Source: Paraspadella gotoi (taxonomy: Eukaryota; Animalia; Chaetognatha). Taken from it: 64,000 nt of DNA. Positions 25,827 to 39,092 of this stretch are shown here, piece by piece. The stretch lies in assembly GCA_051294375.1 (NCBI GenBank), contig CM119264.1, positions 19,971,590 to 20,035,589 on the forward strand. Direction: 5' to 3'. Position 1 is the first letter of the stretch. Each line of letters begins with the position of its first letter. The position numbers were made by a program, and so were the translations under genes. Below the pieces are notes generated by a model, which saw only the letters and a program-made list of their open reading frames with translations, was not told the DNA's origin and ran no database searches.

Positions 25827-28800
25827 GGAGATTCCAACAAAGAATTTAGAAAGGACAGTGGTCAGATGTGAGGACAGGTGAAGGTAAGGACAGGGAAAGA
25901 TAAGATTGGTTGAAACTTGAAAGGTGAAAAAATTGAGAGAAGAGAGAGAGAGAGAAGCAACAGAGGCAGAGAAAATAATTACATTTAGCAATGTACAACA
26001 GAATAATAAATGGAAAACTTAATACTAAACTAGTAATACAAAAAGAAATTAATAATTTAGTTAACTATTAAGAATGAAATGTGAAAGGGAAAATAAGTTG
26101 TTAGGATAGATAAGTGAAGGTGTTAGTGAAAGTAAGATAAAGAAAAGAGCTCAAAAAAGAGCTGCCCCCCCCGGCCTGGCAAATGTAGGACGTGAGCGCA
26201 TGTGATCGGGTCATTGGCTTGTCATAGACTGGAAGTGTATTGTAGTAGGCTGGGGTATGATTCCCAAGGCCGTTCTAATATCCCTCTGGCCTGATAAGCC
26301 TGCCGACGGCCCTCCTCTCGCCTGATGACGAGGCGGGTGATTATCTGTTTCTGGCCTGCTTAAATGCAGGGGATACAGATTCCTCTCCTTCTTCCTGCAG
26401 CCGTCGTTTTGGGCGACGCTCGGTGCGAGGATAGTCACACCAAGTTGTGCAAGTTTGGGAGAGGCATCGGGCGTCCATTGCCTGCTGAAGGCCTCCGCCT
26501 GACCCGTTGAGTAGGGACAGGGGAATCACCGTGCAGTTGGGTGGCGTTGGGCGTTCCACTCCATTTTGATAAGCGAATCATAGCTTGGAGGGAGGTCGAA
26601 TCGTCCTCCATCACGGTTCAGAGAGGGCTCGAGGGCTTTGATGTAAATTGCCTCTCTAATACCTCTAGTGAACCAGTTTTGGTCATAGGGACAGCACGAG
26701 ACAGTCCATCTCTCTAAACAGATGGCCAGAAGATGCCGAATGCTCGGCAATAGCCGACAGAAAGTGACCACGGGCGTCAGGATAGGGCTTTATGTGCTGT
26801 TTGAACCGATCTGAGAGAGATTTTCCGGTCTCGCCCACGTATGCTGCTGAGCAGGTTTGGTTTCCCTTGCCTGCACAGGCCGCCCATGTAGACAGCTCCT
26901 GAGGTGTTCGGTCTGGGAATTTTTGTCTTTTGGTTTCACCAAATGCTCACGTAAAGAGCCGCGGGCCGTCACTGAAGTGGAGATTCCCTGCTTTGCTAGC
27001 ACCCGCACCAATGGTTCAGTGATCCCTGGTGGTAGGGGAGGGACAGGTGGCCCACGTTCTTGAGACGCTTCTGCTTATCTCCCATTTGCGCTGTGGTGGG
27101 CGCGGTAGGTCCTTTAGCAGCAAGGCCTCGTTCGTCCTCCTGGGGGGCGGAGGTTGAACTTGCGTCAGCGGTTACTTGGGCAGCCCCTTGTTGGCCACTG
27201 CCCTCAGCCTGGTTCAGCCGAAACCTAGCCTTCTCGTAAGCCCACAGAGGGTAAACATTGAGCGCCAGGGCTCTTTTGACATGCTCAAGCTCGGCGGCCT
27301 GGAGCTCGGGGGTCGACGGAATCAGAAGAGCTCTTCTGGTAAGGGACCTGACGCGGCGAGCTTATGTGACAAGGGAGCATGCGAATTGAAGGGAATGTAT
27401 TGATCAGTATGCGTAGGTTTACGGTAGACAGAAAACTCCAATGAGCCACCTCTTTGCGCTTAATAAGCACATAGAGCATTGGAATTTTTCCATTCTCCTC
27501 CTTTTCGCACGTCCACTTGATGCTCGCTTCGATGCTGTTCAAATGGGATAATAAGGTATCAACGAGATCCCTTCTCACGGCCAGGATAGTATCGTCTGCC
27601 TTCCGATACCAGAAAAGAACTGACTCTGCCCCATGCAGAGATCGAAAAAGAGGTCAAAGCTTCCACCTCATAGTCCTCCATAAAGAAGTCTGCCAGAGGA
27701 CTTGAGGTTGATTTGCCCATCCCTAAGCCACCAGGCTGGGCATAGTACCGTCCATCGAACCTGAAGTACGCCAGTTCCAGGTCGAGTCGCAACAGTGCCA
27801 TGATATCACCCAATTGGATTGGCGTACGCTCGTGTAACAGCCGGTCTCCCTTCAGGCGGCGTTCTGCGGAGGCTAACCCAGTCCCTGAGGGATGTTTGTA
27901 AACATACTTTGTAAGTCACACGAGACCAAGAGATGACTATCGGGCACTATGATGTGTTTGCAACTTTTCCGTCAGATCTAGAGAATTTTTGAGGTGGTGT
28001 GGGTTACCGACGAGAGGAGTGAGAATTTTTCCCAGTTCCTTCGTCATTCCATTAAAAATGGAATTGCGAGCCGACACGATAGGGCGTAGCGGTAAATCGG
28101 GCTTATGAACCTTCGGCTCTTTTTTGAGCTCTTTTTTCTTTATCTTACTTTCACTAACACCTTCACTTATCTATCCCTAACAACTTATTTTCCCTTTCAC
28201 ATTTCATTCTTAATAGTTAACTAAATTATTAATTTCTTTTTGCTATTACTAGTTTAGTATTAAGTTTTCCATTTATTATTCTGTTGTACATTGCTAAATG
28301 TAATTATTTTTTCTGCCTCTGTTGCTTCTCTCTCTCTTCTCTCTCTCTCAATTTTTTCACCTTTCAAGTTTCAACCAATCTTATCTTCTTCCCTGTCCTT
28401 ACCTTCACCTGTCCTCACATCTGACCACTGTCCTTTCTAAATTCTTTGTTGGAATCTCCCTCCCTCTCTCTCTCTCTCTCTCTCTCACTCTCAAAGCTAA
28501 TGTTAAAGAGAGAAAATTGTTGATTATTAAAAATCGCTGAAGAAGACTCTTAATAAAGAGTTGAAACTTGTCCGACTTATATCCAATAATAAATCGTTGT
28601 TGACCTTAAAAACTGTTTTTCCTAATTTACAAACACAACGAAAAGAAAGAATCATAACAAAGTTTAAATGGTATAAATCCGTTATCCTTTTAGAGCCTGC
28701 TCCTCAAATAATTAAAGGGCTTGATGATATAACTGGAGTTGAAGAACAAGAAGTAATGATGAAAGTTGAGGTGGATAAAGATACTTGGAAGAAGAATGGT

Positions 28801-31800
28801 CAACCTATTGATGGACAATGGTTGCGAGGTAAAATTAAAGTCTTTTTCTTAAAAACAAAGTTAACAAAATTAACTAAATGCTCTTAAAAAGCCCGCAAAG
28901 TATTTTCTATTTTACTTTGAATAAAATTTCTTAGTGGGTTTTACTATTATATTTCAATTGCATTATTTTTTTTACAAATATTTATATTTATAAAAAAAAT
29001 CATTTTTCAAGGCAGTCTTATAACAAATAATTAAAAATTATAAAGAAAATCAGACAAAAAATCACTCTCTGATTTTCATTCATTTGTTACACAAACGAAT
29101 GACAATTCATTTCTTTTTCTTTAGGTCCTCGAGAACTTCGTCCAAGTTATAAGTATCAAATGGGAAAAACAGAGAACGTTTATTCATTAACCATTAAAGA
29201 CCTCATGTTTGAAGATGAGGGAGATTACACTTTTAGGATTGAAGGTCATGAAACTCATTGCAAACTGAAAATAGCTGGTAAGGCCTATGAAAAAATAAAG
29301 GAAAACTTGGAACTATAATTTTAATTGGTTGCGCCGATTTAATTTTCTTTGCATGTCCTTTTTGATCCTATTTGAACGATATAACATGATTGCACAAGTA
29401 TAAGTTATATGCAGAACAAGTTTATGCAGAACATATTATATACTATTTCTCAAGTGTTAACTAAAGTTACCCGGTAATACAGAACTTGGTGATTAAGCAG
29501 TCATATATACACCAACATACATTGTATTACATAAATATTAGAAATTAGTAAAACTTGTGTATAAAAAATTTAAAAGTCAAGAATGTAATTGTAAAAAATT
29601 TGTAATTAGAAAAAAGTTAAACAAGAGAAAAGATTAAATTATTTGTTTTTAATTACAGACTTGTTTCGAATAGATCCTATAAGAAAGTAGACAGAGATTT
29701 CAACCTGAAACAAAAGAGGATTTTATTCTCAGAAAAGTCACAAGCTAAGACGATGTCAGAATTTGAGACAGATGGATTCAATACAAAATGGTCCAGTATT
29801 TATACAATACAATCGGATCATCGACACGGGCTCGTTTCCCGATGGCATGAAGCTTCTCTTCTCATTGGTCCGTTTCAATGCTGATTTATCCAATCAGAGA
29901 GACCTCAGCGGATTTCATCCGAGTCGCGGATCCCATTCCATTCTTGGTTCCGACTCTATCTGCGATGAGATCTTCACTCTTCAGTGCAAAACAATTTGTG
30001 AAATTACAAGTAATAGGCAATGTTAACATTAGATTGGGAGGGAGAGAGAGAGACACATAGAGTTACAGAGAGAGAGAGAGTCAATGAGATAAAGCTTCCA
30101 ACAAAAGATTGAGGGAAAGACCCATTGCCGCCCACCACAGTTGCACCGGGGATGAAGCAGAGGCGGCAAAGAACCATTGGCCACGTCACCCTCCCTAACC
30201 ACAAGGGAGTCACTGAGCCGCTGGTACGGGTGAACACTGTTCACCAAGCAGGGGATTTCCACCTCAGTGACCCAAAAGACGGCTTCAGCTGGATGATGGC
30301 GGGGTCCCAGAGCCAGCCCCAAAGCAGGCAAGAAGGGGACCAGGCCCGCCTCCCCAGCAGGGGAGAGGAGGGCAGGCTGCAGGGGTGACAGGTCTTGTCG
30401 ACATAAGGTTCGCGTTGGGTCGCATCTCTGACGGCCTTTAAAAGAGAATGGGGCCAGCTCACTTTCTTTAACTTTCTCTTTTAACCTCACACATTTCACT
30501 TTCATTTCACTCATTAAACTATACAAAACTATAATCTATTTATTTATTTTAGTTTGTTGTTATGATTTTTATCTCGACTATTTTTATTTGTTATACATTA
30601 TTGCAATGTAAATCCTAAATTATTACCTCTGTGTTCCCTTTTCTCCTTTGACCTTTCATTCTCTTTTCCCTCCTGTATCCTTTAATCTGACCTAAAACTT
30701 CAGTTGTCCTCAACCTTTGGATGTTGTCTTTTCCTCAACCCTTTGTTGGAAGCTTTATCTCATTGACTATCTCTATCTCTCTCTCTCTCTCAAACTTGGA
30801 ATTTCACAAATTGTTTTGCACTGAAGATGAAAAGCAAATCTATTCGAAACATATCTGCAATTAAATAAAAATAATTCGTTGTAGAAATTCAATATTTTCT
30901 CTTGTTTAAATTAAACCAACGAAACTAAAGCAGAACAACAAATCTAGAAAAAAGTTAAATTTCTTTTCCAGCCACTTTTCATGACCTATCCAAATCATTT
31001 AATTTTTTTTTATTTAACGGGTTTATACTATATGTAAATATAATAATATAAAAATTTCGAATTTACTGATAATTATTATTTATAAACTTATTTAAATAAA
31101 AAACCTCTGCAATTTCATGAAAATATTGTACAAAAATTGACTGTAGCAGGGATTGCCTGAAATGCCTCGGACGCCCAGCATCTTGCAAGTGGGTGTGAGG
31201 GGCTTCGGACCATAAATGTCTGCACCCGTACAATAATTCATAGTAGCTCAAATAATTTCGTTTTTCCACCATGATAGAGGCTCCAGTCGTTTTCACCAAA
31301 CCTCTCAGTAGAGTTACTGCGAAAGAAAAAGATGATGTTATACTTGAGTGCGAAGCAAACAAGATCAAATGGAAGACGTCGGGAAAAGAAATAGAATTTA
31401 CATGGAAAAAGGGCGATGCAAAGTGAGTTTTAAATAGACTTTTGAGAGTGTAGTGTACTGACTGTGCTGTATTCTAATTCAGATTTTTAGTCGGATCTGC
31501 TTATTAGCAGATCCCGACTCGATAATTCACTTTGTCGGTCCGTCGGTCCGCCCCCTAAATATTGTCGGGCACTAACTTACATCATGTCAGAACATCGAAT
31601 TATGATAAATTATGCAAAAAAAATGATGGCCGTCCGTCCGTCCGTCCGTCCGTCCGTCCCACCTTAGCAAAAAACACCAATTACTCGTGATTGGATGGAT
31701 GAATTTGAATGAAATTTTGTGTGTCGGTAGGGAAGTGTGTGATTGAGCTGGATATAAAGTTTCGATAGAATCGTCTGAGTGGAAATGAGTTTAAATGGAA

Positions 31801-34800
31801 AAAACAAAAAAATATAATTCACTATTTGAACACCAATTGCTCATGAGTGGATTGGGCGATTGACCTAGAATTTTGTATGAGAGTATGAAAGTGTGTGATT
31901 GAACAGGAAACCAAGTTTCGATAAAACCGTTTGGGTGGAAATGAGTTTAAATGGAAAAAAACAAAAAACCTGTTTCACTAATTGATTATGATTTTTTTTC
32001 CTTTTATATTAAATGTATATGCAGGATGTATTAATAAATCAAATAATTAATCAGTTAATTAATCAATTAGTCAATTAATTAATCACTAATTAATTAATCA
32101 GTCAATCAATCCGTCCATCCGTCCCACCTTAGCAAAAAGCCCCAATAACTCGTGATTGGCTGGTTTGATCGGAATGAAATTTTGTGTATGGGTAGGAACA
32201 TGTGTGATGAAGGTGGATATAAAGTTTTGATGGAATCGTGTGAGTGGATATGAGTTTAAATGGAAAAAACTTAAGTCGCATTTACTAAAATCTTTTACTT
32301 ATTTTAACCAATAAATACTCTAATTAATCATAATTGGATGGATAGATTGAGTTCAAATTTTGTGTGTGGGTAAGAAAATGTGTGACGAAGCTTGATATAA
32401 AGTTTCAGTGCGAGTGGAAATGAGTTTAAATGAAAAAAATATGAGTCACATTTACTTGAATCTTTTTACTTATTTTAACCCATAATAGAGATGAAATTTT
32501 GTGAGCGGGAAGGAAAGTTTCTGAAGAAGCTAGATATAAAGTTTTGACTGAATTGTGCCAGTGGAAATGAGTTTAAATGGAAAAAATATAAGTCATATTT
32601 ACTTTATTTTAAGGACATCGATGATGATAAGCTGTATATAAATTTATAATTAGTTATTAAATATTAAAATTAATTAATTAATTAATCGATTAATTAATAA
32701 ATTTTCGTAGGCAGATCCGACATTGTTTGCTCAAACTTGTTTTTATCTCGCCAATTTGTTTCTGTTTCTTTTGACCGTAGTCGTCGTTGTCATCGTCACG
32801 CTGTTTTAACATTGAAAATAGCTCAAGTGTGTAACCATAGGAAGCTGAAAATTTAGATATGGTTTCTCATCATTGAGGTCTTTTAAATTGTTATGGTTCA
32901 TATTCCTACACTCATTTTTTTACTAAGTATAAAAATGATAAAAAGGAAGTTAATAAAATGTTAAAAAATAATGTGTAAAAACAAAAATAAATAATATGAA
33001 AATAAAATAAAAAACAAACAATATAAAAGCAAAAACAAAAGAAAACTAAAATGTTATAAAAATATTATAAGTGTTTAATGTGTTTAATAAACTTATTTGT
33101 TTATTTTATTTACAAAACAATTTATATATATATATATAGACGAGTTCAGCCCTTCAGCGGATATACAAGAACAATTAAATTTGTAAACTAGCAATTATGA
33201 TTATTAAATTATTAATTATTTAGCTATTATTTGAACCACAAACAAACATGATAATTTACTAATATAAAATATTAATATTAAACCTTTAGGGCGATAGAAC
33301 AAAAAATTATCAAAGCTTAATCAGAAAACGATAATATTAAGGAACTCATTAGAAATAATCCACAAATTAATCTGCTACAGCAGCTGTCCAGTTTCTCTCT
33401 ATTTCTTTTTCTCTCTCTCTTTTAATTATATTGTGCTCTCTCTTTTTTTTTTGTCGCAGCTTTTTCTGATTCGTTTAAAAACGAGTTCGCTCTGCAGCAG
33501 CTGTCCAGCTTCTTTATCTTTCTCTCTTTTTCTTTCTCTCTCACTCATACACGCATTTGTTTATTTTATTTACGATGAATGACTATCATCGCATCAATGA
33601 ATGACTATCACTGTATTAATGAATAACTATCACCATATCAATAAATGATTATCATCGCGTCAATTAATGATTATCATTGCATGAAAAAATAACTATCATC
33701 GCATCCATCATTTGTTTATCATCGCATCAATATTTGGTTATCATTGTATCAATATTTGGTTATCATCGTATCAATCATTGAGTTATCATTGCATCAATCC
33801 TTTGGTTATAATCGCATCAATCTTTTGGATATCATCAAATCAATAATCAATTACTATTACATCAATCAATTACTATTACATCAATCAATCAATTACTATT
33901 ACATCCATCAATTAATTACTATTATATCAATCAATTACTATTATATCAATAATTCGTTATCGTATCAATTATTCATTTTTTTCAGATTTTTTTATTAATT
34001 TTTTTTGATAGTAACGTCTGGCGAGATCACTATACGTTTAAGATTTTTTTACCTGTTTGTTGACTTGTAAATCTCGCTCCTTCAAATATGCAAAAATTAA
34101 AGGATTAATTTAATTAATTATTAATTAATTTTAATTTTTAAATTTAGGCTCGAAGAAGATTCTCGCATCAGATTTGAAAAACAAGGACGAAAGCTTATCC
34201 TTGTCATGAAAAAAATATCAAAAAATGACGCAAGTGAATATTCCTGCAATACAGGAGAAGGTTCTGCCTCCAGCAAAACTGTTGGTGGTCTTGATGTTCA
34301 AGGTTAGATTTTTAAATTTTTTTAGCTAAGCCGCGAGTACTCGAGCAGCAACTCTATAAGTCCCTTTTCGGTCGGTCGGTCGGTATGCCACATATGTTAG
34401 TTGAATGCTCATTTGTTAGGATAGGAATAGAATCTAATAGAATCTAAGCGACTGCTAGTGCTTTCTTTGGTTTTTAGTTGCGCAGCGAGTACTCACAGAG
34501 CAACTCTTTAAGTCACTTTTTGGTCGGTCGGTCGGTATGTCTGTCCGTCGGTCTGTCCTACTTACGTTAAAAATGCATATAATTTGCCTATAGTTGATGA
34601 TTGCTCATTTCTTTAGACAGAAAAAAATCTCAAATCTAAGTGTCTGCTAGCGCATTTAATGTTATGTCATATCCCGAGAAATACTCTTGATAAGGCATTT
34701 GAATTACCGTTCTTGTTAACGAAAACTCAAAAGGATAAAAGACGGGATTTCAATGCAGCGCATGTCCAAAATATGTAGTCAGGCAACCTACCTATAAGCA

Positions 34801-37800
34801 CCAGTTGCTCATTGAGTAAAGCCATCAGCTCATGACCACTACATATGGGGTTCTATCCTAGCCCAGTACCTGCCCTGTGGGAAGCACGAGGACGGCCATA
34901 AACCACCTTGGGGGCGTGGAAGGCCCTCAAGACTGTTTCCAAGCCCAGTACCAGTTCTATTGCTGCTGAGGGGGTACAGAAGTTACGGATAGTAGTATTC
35001 AGGCCACTTTTTGCTTTATCCACAAATACACAGGATAAGAAGGGAACACTCATTTAAATTTCCGTTTTTAGTTGCACCTCGAGTACTCAAGAAGCAACTC
35101 TATAAGTCAATTTTTGGTCGATCGTTCGGTCGATATGTCTGTCCATCGGTCTGTCCCACTTTTGTTAAAGATGCTGATAACCTGCCTATAGTTTGTTATG
35201 GTAGATTTTTAGCTATTAGTTTTTGATTTTTTTGGTTTCTTTGACAAAGTCAGTTTGTCCTTTATTAAAAATATTTTTAAAATATTAGGGCATAAACTCA
35301 ATTAAGTAGACAGGGATTTCTAAGCGAAACCAAAGTGGAATTTATTTCTTCAGAATTTAGACAATAATACAAGACAGTGTCAATTCTAGAGCCAGAGTGA
35401 ATCAATACAACTTGGGTTCCTATTTATACAGTGCAATCGGATCGGAGGTAAGGGTAAAGTTTACAGCCGGAAAGAAGCCCATCTGCCCATTGGCCGATGC
35501 CATTTGTCTTTCATCCAATGAGAATGTTCCATTCTACTTCCGGCGGAGTTTGCTCGAGTCGCTGATCCGATTTGTATTCTGGAGTCTTGATTCCTCTGCG
35601 ATGAACTCTTTGAATATCAATTTAAAAGCCAACCAGATTTTATATTTTATAAAGATTTACAGTTTAAAAATTCCTACCAGAAATCCCATTAAATTATTTT
35701 TTTTTAAATCTACACTGCGGCGCAAAAAAAAGAAGACACTAGGTATCTTTAAACACACCACTATTTTTTTCTTAATTTTGAAAAAATATATGTATAAAAA
35801 GTATAGCTCTTTTAAGAAAAAGATTCATTCAAATTAACTTCAAAATAGGCCAAAATCGAGTACAGATTCAAAAAGCTGAGCTCCTGGCGATTTTACACCA
35901 TTTTATATCGGTTTTAATTATAATATAAAATAAAAGAAGAGTTGCAGGTCAAACGAAAAGGCCAATCCATCTGATATTTTTTAAGAATTTTTTATTAGTG
36001 AATTATAAAAATGTAATAGAGAGAAATTTTTAAATTTCAACTTGTATCCTTGAAAATGAAACATTTTTAAACTTTAACCATGAATTCTTCTTAACTGGAA
36101 CGCGTTTATCAAAATGTCTCACTATTACATTTTTACAATTGTTTTTAAGATTTCTAATCAAATTTTTAAATCAATATTATTGTAGTCGTTTAGGCTGCAA
36201 CTCTTCAAATTTAGTGTAGATTCATTGTAGCTCAAAATTCTTTACCATCTTTTTAACTGAAGATTTTGTTCATGACTGAAAAACCAACAGAGTAACAAGA
36301 TTAAATTTTTAATTCTCCCTTTCTAAATTTCCCTTTACTGTGTTTTAACTTCTTACCTAGAATTTTTTAACAATCAGATTGAAAAACAAATCTTTAAAAA
36401 ATATGCTTACCGATTTAACTTAACAATTTTGTTATTTACTGATTTAAAAAAAATGATTGAAAACAGAATGTTTATATATGAATAAAAACTTATTTTTTTG
36501 TGATTACTGATGGCTATAATGTATTTCTCTATGTTTTAGCTCTAATACATCAATGATCACGCATTGTTATGCTGAATGACCCTTCCTCTTAAAAAGCTAT
36601 CGATTAGTGCAAGAAAAATATAAAATTAATAAAATCATAATAGAATTAAACATATAAAAGGGTTGGCAACAAATTTGAATTATTTTTTTTATAAAATATA
36701 TTTTCAATTGCTGCCAAATATAGCATTTTAGTAATAAATAATAAAAATAATCAATTTTCTAAAAATTTTTTTTCAAAAACAAAATGTAATTTTATGAAAA
36801 AAATTTTAAAAAATAATTTTAATATAATTGTAAAAGTTGGTATTAGTCTGCTTTAATACGAGATGCCATAAAGTAGACGAGAATCTCGATTTAAAAAAGA
36901 TTCAACATTTTTCTAATAGAGAGTTCCGTTCAAATCTGACTACCCAAATTGCAAACGTGATTGCCCAAAATCCGGGTAGAAATCAGTTGTAAAAACGAAG
37001 GATAGCATTACATCTGAAGAGCTTGTCCTATTCGTTTTTTCACATTTGATGAAGGATTTGATATCAAACAATCCAGGGGAAATGCACTCCTCATCTTCAG
37101 AGAATTTTCAAACCTCATTTTTACTATAGAAATGAAAGGGAAAGTTTACAAACGGGATTGCTATATGTTCCTGTTACAAGAGCGACTTCGAATTTCGCGA
37201 TTCCGATAGCTTTGTGTCTGAAGAGCTTGTCCTATTTTTCTTTTTTCATTTTATAATGATTTTGACATAAAATGATCAGGTTTAAATGAAATAGTCTGGT
37301 TTGAATCGCGAAATTTTTATTTAAAAAGAAATTAAAAGGAAGGTTGAAAATAAAACTGATTTTCCTAAAGATACAATTTTAGAATTACTTATGCTGAAAC
37401 CTCCTTACAGGGTGAGTGTCAAACTACGTCAAAATTATAATGAATTTTAAAACTAATGACACCCATAAGAATAAATGAAAATTAAATTCTTTTTAATGAT
37501 TCTGAAAGAAAAAAGGCTAAATTGTACTCTCGTAAAACTTTAATGTTTTTTGGATTAAGAAAATATGAATTTTTTGTTACTTAAATATTTGCTTGTCTGA
37601 TTTTACAAGCATGCTTACAAAATTCTACAAAATATTATTTACCTCATCACAGCCTAAGTATTTATCATTCTTTTCCACCAGCAAAAAGTAAACATTATCT
37701 CATTGAAGAGAACAGGGATGTTTACTGAAAGGAGCCGGAATACATTCAACTTCTTCACTTTGATGTTATTTTTCAATAACAAAATAAGCAATTTTTTTAA

Positions 37801-39061
37801 TTATTTAACTCTTACAGGCTTTGTAAGATATTACACTTTCATAATATCCCAATATTAATGTAATTTATTATATTTTTTACCCAGAAATCATAAAATAACA
37901 GAAAGTTGTGGATTCCCATCGCTCGTTTAAGAAAAAAAAATTAAATAGCGGAATTATAAGTTTGTAAGAGGAAGTCAGAATCGGCGAAAATCTTAAAAGG
38001 CGAGAATGTTGAAAAAAGGGAGAGGAATTTTGGTTGTTTTTGGTCTATTTCTTCTAAATCCACAGGCCAATTTAGACGTAACTTAAGATTTACATTATTC
38101 CAGTCATTCTCTTTCTAAAAATATTAAAACATTATGAAAAAAGGTTTGGGATCGACTATAGGAATTTGGTTCTACATAAGGAAAAAACTTTGATGAGAAA
38201 AAGCTTTGAAATTAACCTTGGGTAAGTTATCACTCATTTGCTTTTTCTATATTTTTAAAAGATTGTTTTTAGTCGGATCTGCTTATCAGCAGATCCCGAC
38301 TCTATAATTCACTTTGTCGGTCCGTCGGTCCGCCCCCTCAATATTGTCGGGCACACACTTATATCATGTCAGAACATCGAATTATGATAAATTATGCAAA
38401 AAAAACGATGTCCGTCCGTCCGTCTGTCTGTCTGTCTGTCTGTCTGTCGTCTGTCCGTCCGTCCGTCCGTCCGTCCGTCCGTCCGTCGTCCGTCCGTCCG
38501 TCCGTCCGTCCGTCCGTCCGTCCCACCTTAGCAAAAAACTCCAATTACTCGTGATTGGATGGATGGATTGGTATTAAATTTTGTGTGTCGGTAGGAAACT
38601 GTGTGATTGACACGGATATTGAAGTTTCGAGGGAATCGTGCGAGTGGAAATTGGTTTAAATGGAAAAACAACAAAAAATTTATTTCACTATTTGAACGCC
38701 AATTGCTCATGAGTGGATAGGGCAATTGACTTGAAATTTTGTATGATGGTAGGAAAGTGTGTGATTGAGCTGGATATAAAGTTTCGATGGAATCGTGCGA
38801 GTGGATATGAGTTAAAATGGATAAAACAAAAGTCATATTTACTTGAAGTATTTTTACTTAAATTTACTCATAATTATTATGTTTATTTAAAAATTGGATA
38901 GATAAATCGAAATTGAATTTTGTGTGTGGGTAGGAAAGTATGTGATAAAGCTGGATATAAATTTTTAGATGGAATCGTAGGAGTGGAAAAGAGTTCAAAT
39001 TAGAAAACCAAAAGACACATTTATTTGAATTTTTTAAAGTTTCTCTCTCTCTATCTCTCTC

Positions 39062-39092
<31 letters not shown>

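Larger units (their letters stand above)
25657..28660. mobile_element. Penelope-like retroelement, two inverted arms, 5'-truncated RT + GIY-YIG
   Basis: 12-bp TSD agtttaaatggt (25645-25656, 28661-28672); inverted arm 25657-~28117, direct pLTR arm ~28116-28660 with 35-nt tail; arms near-identical over ~500 bp. Confidence 0.95.
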
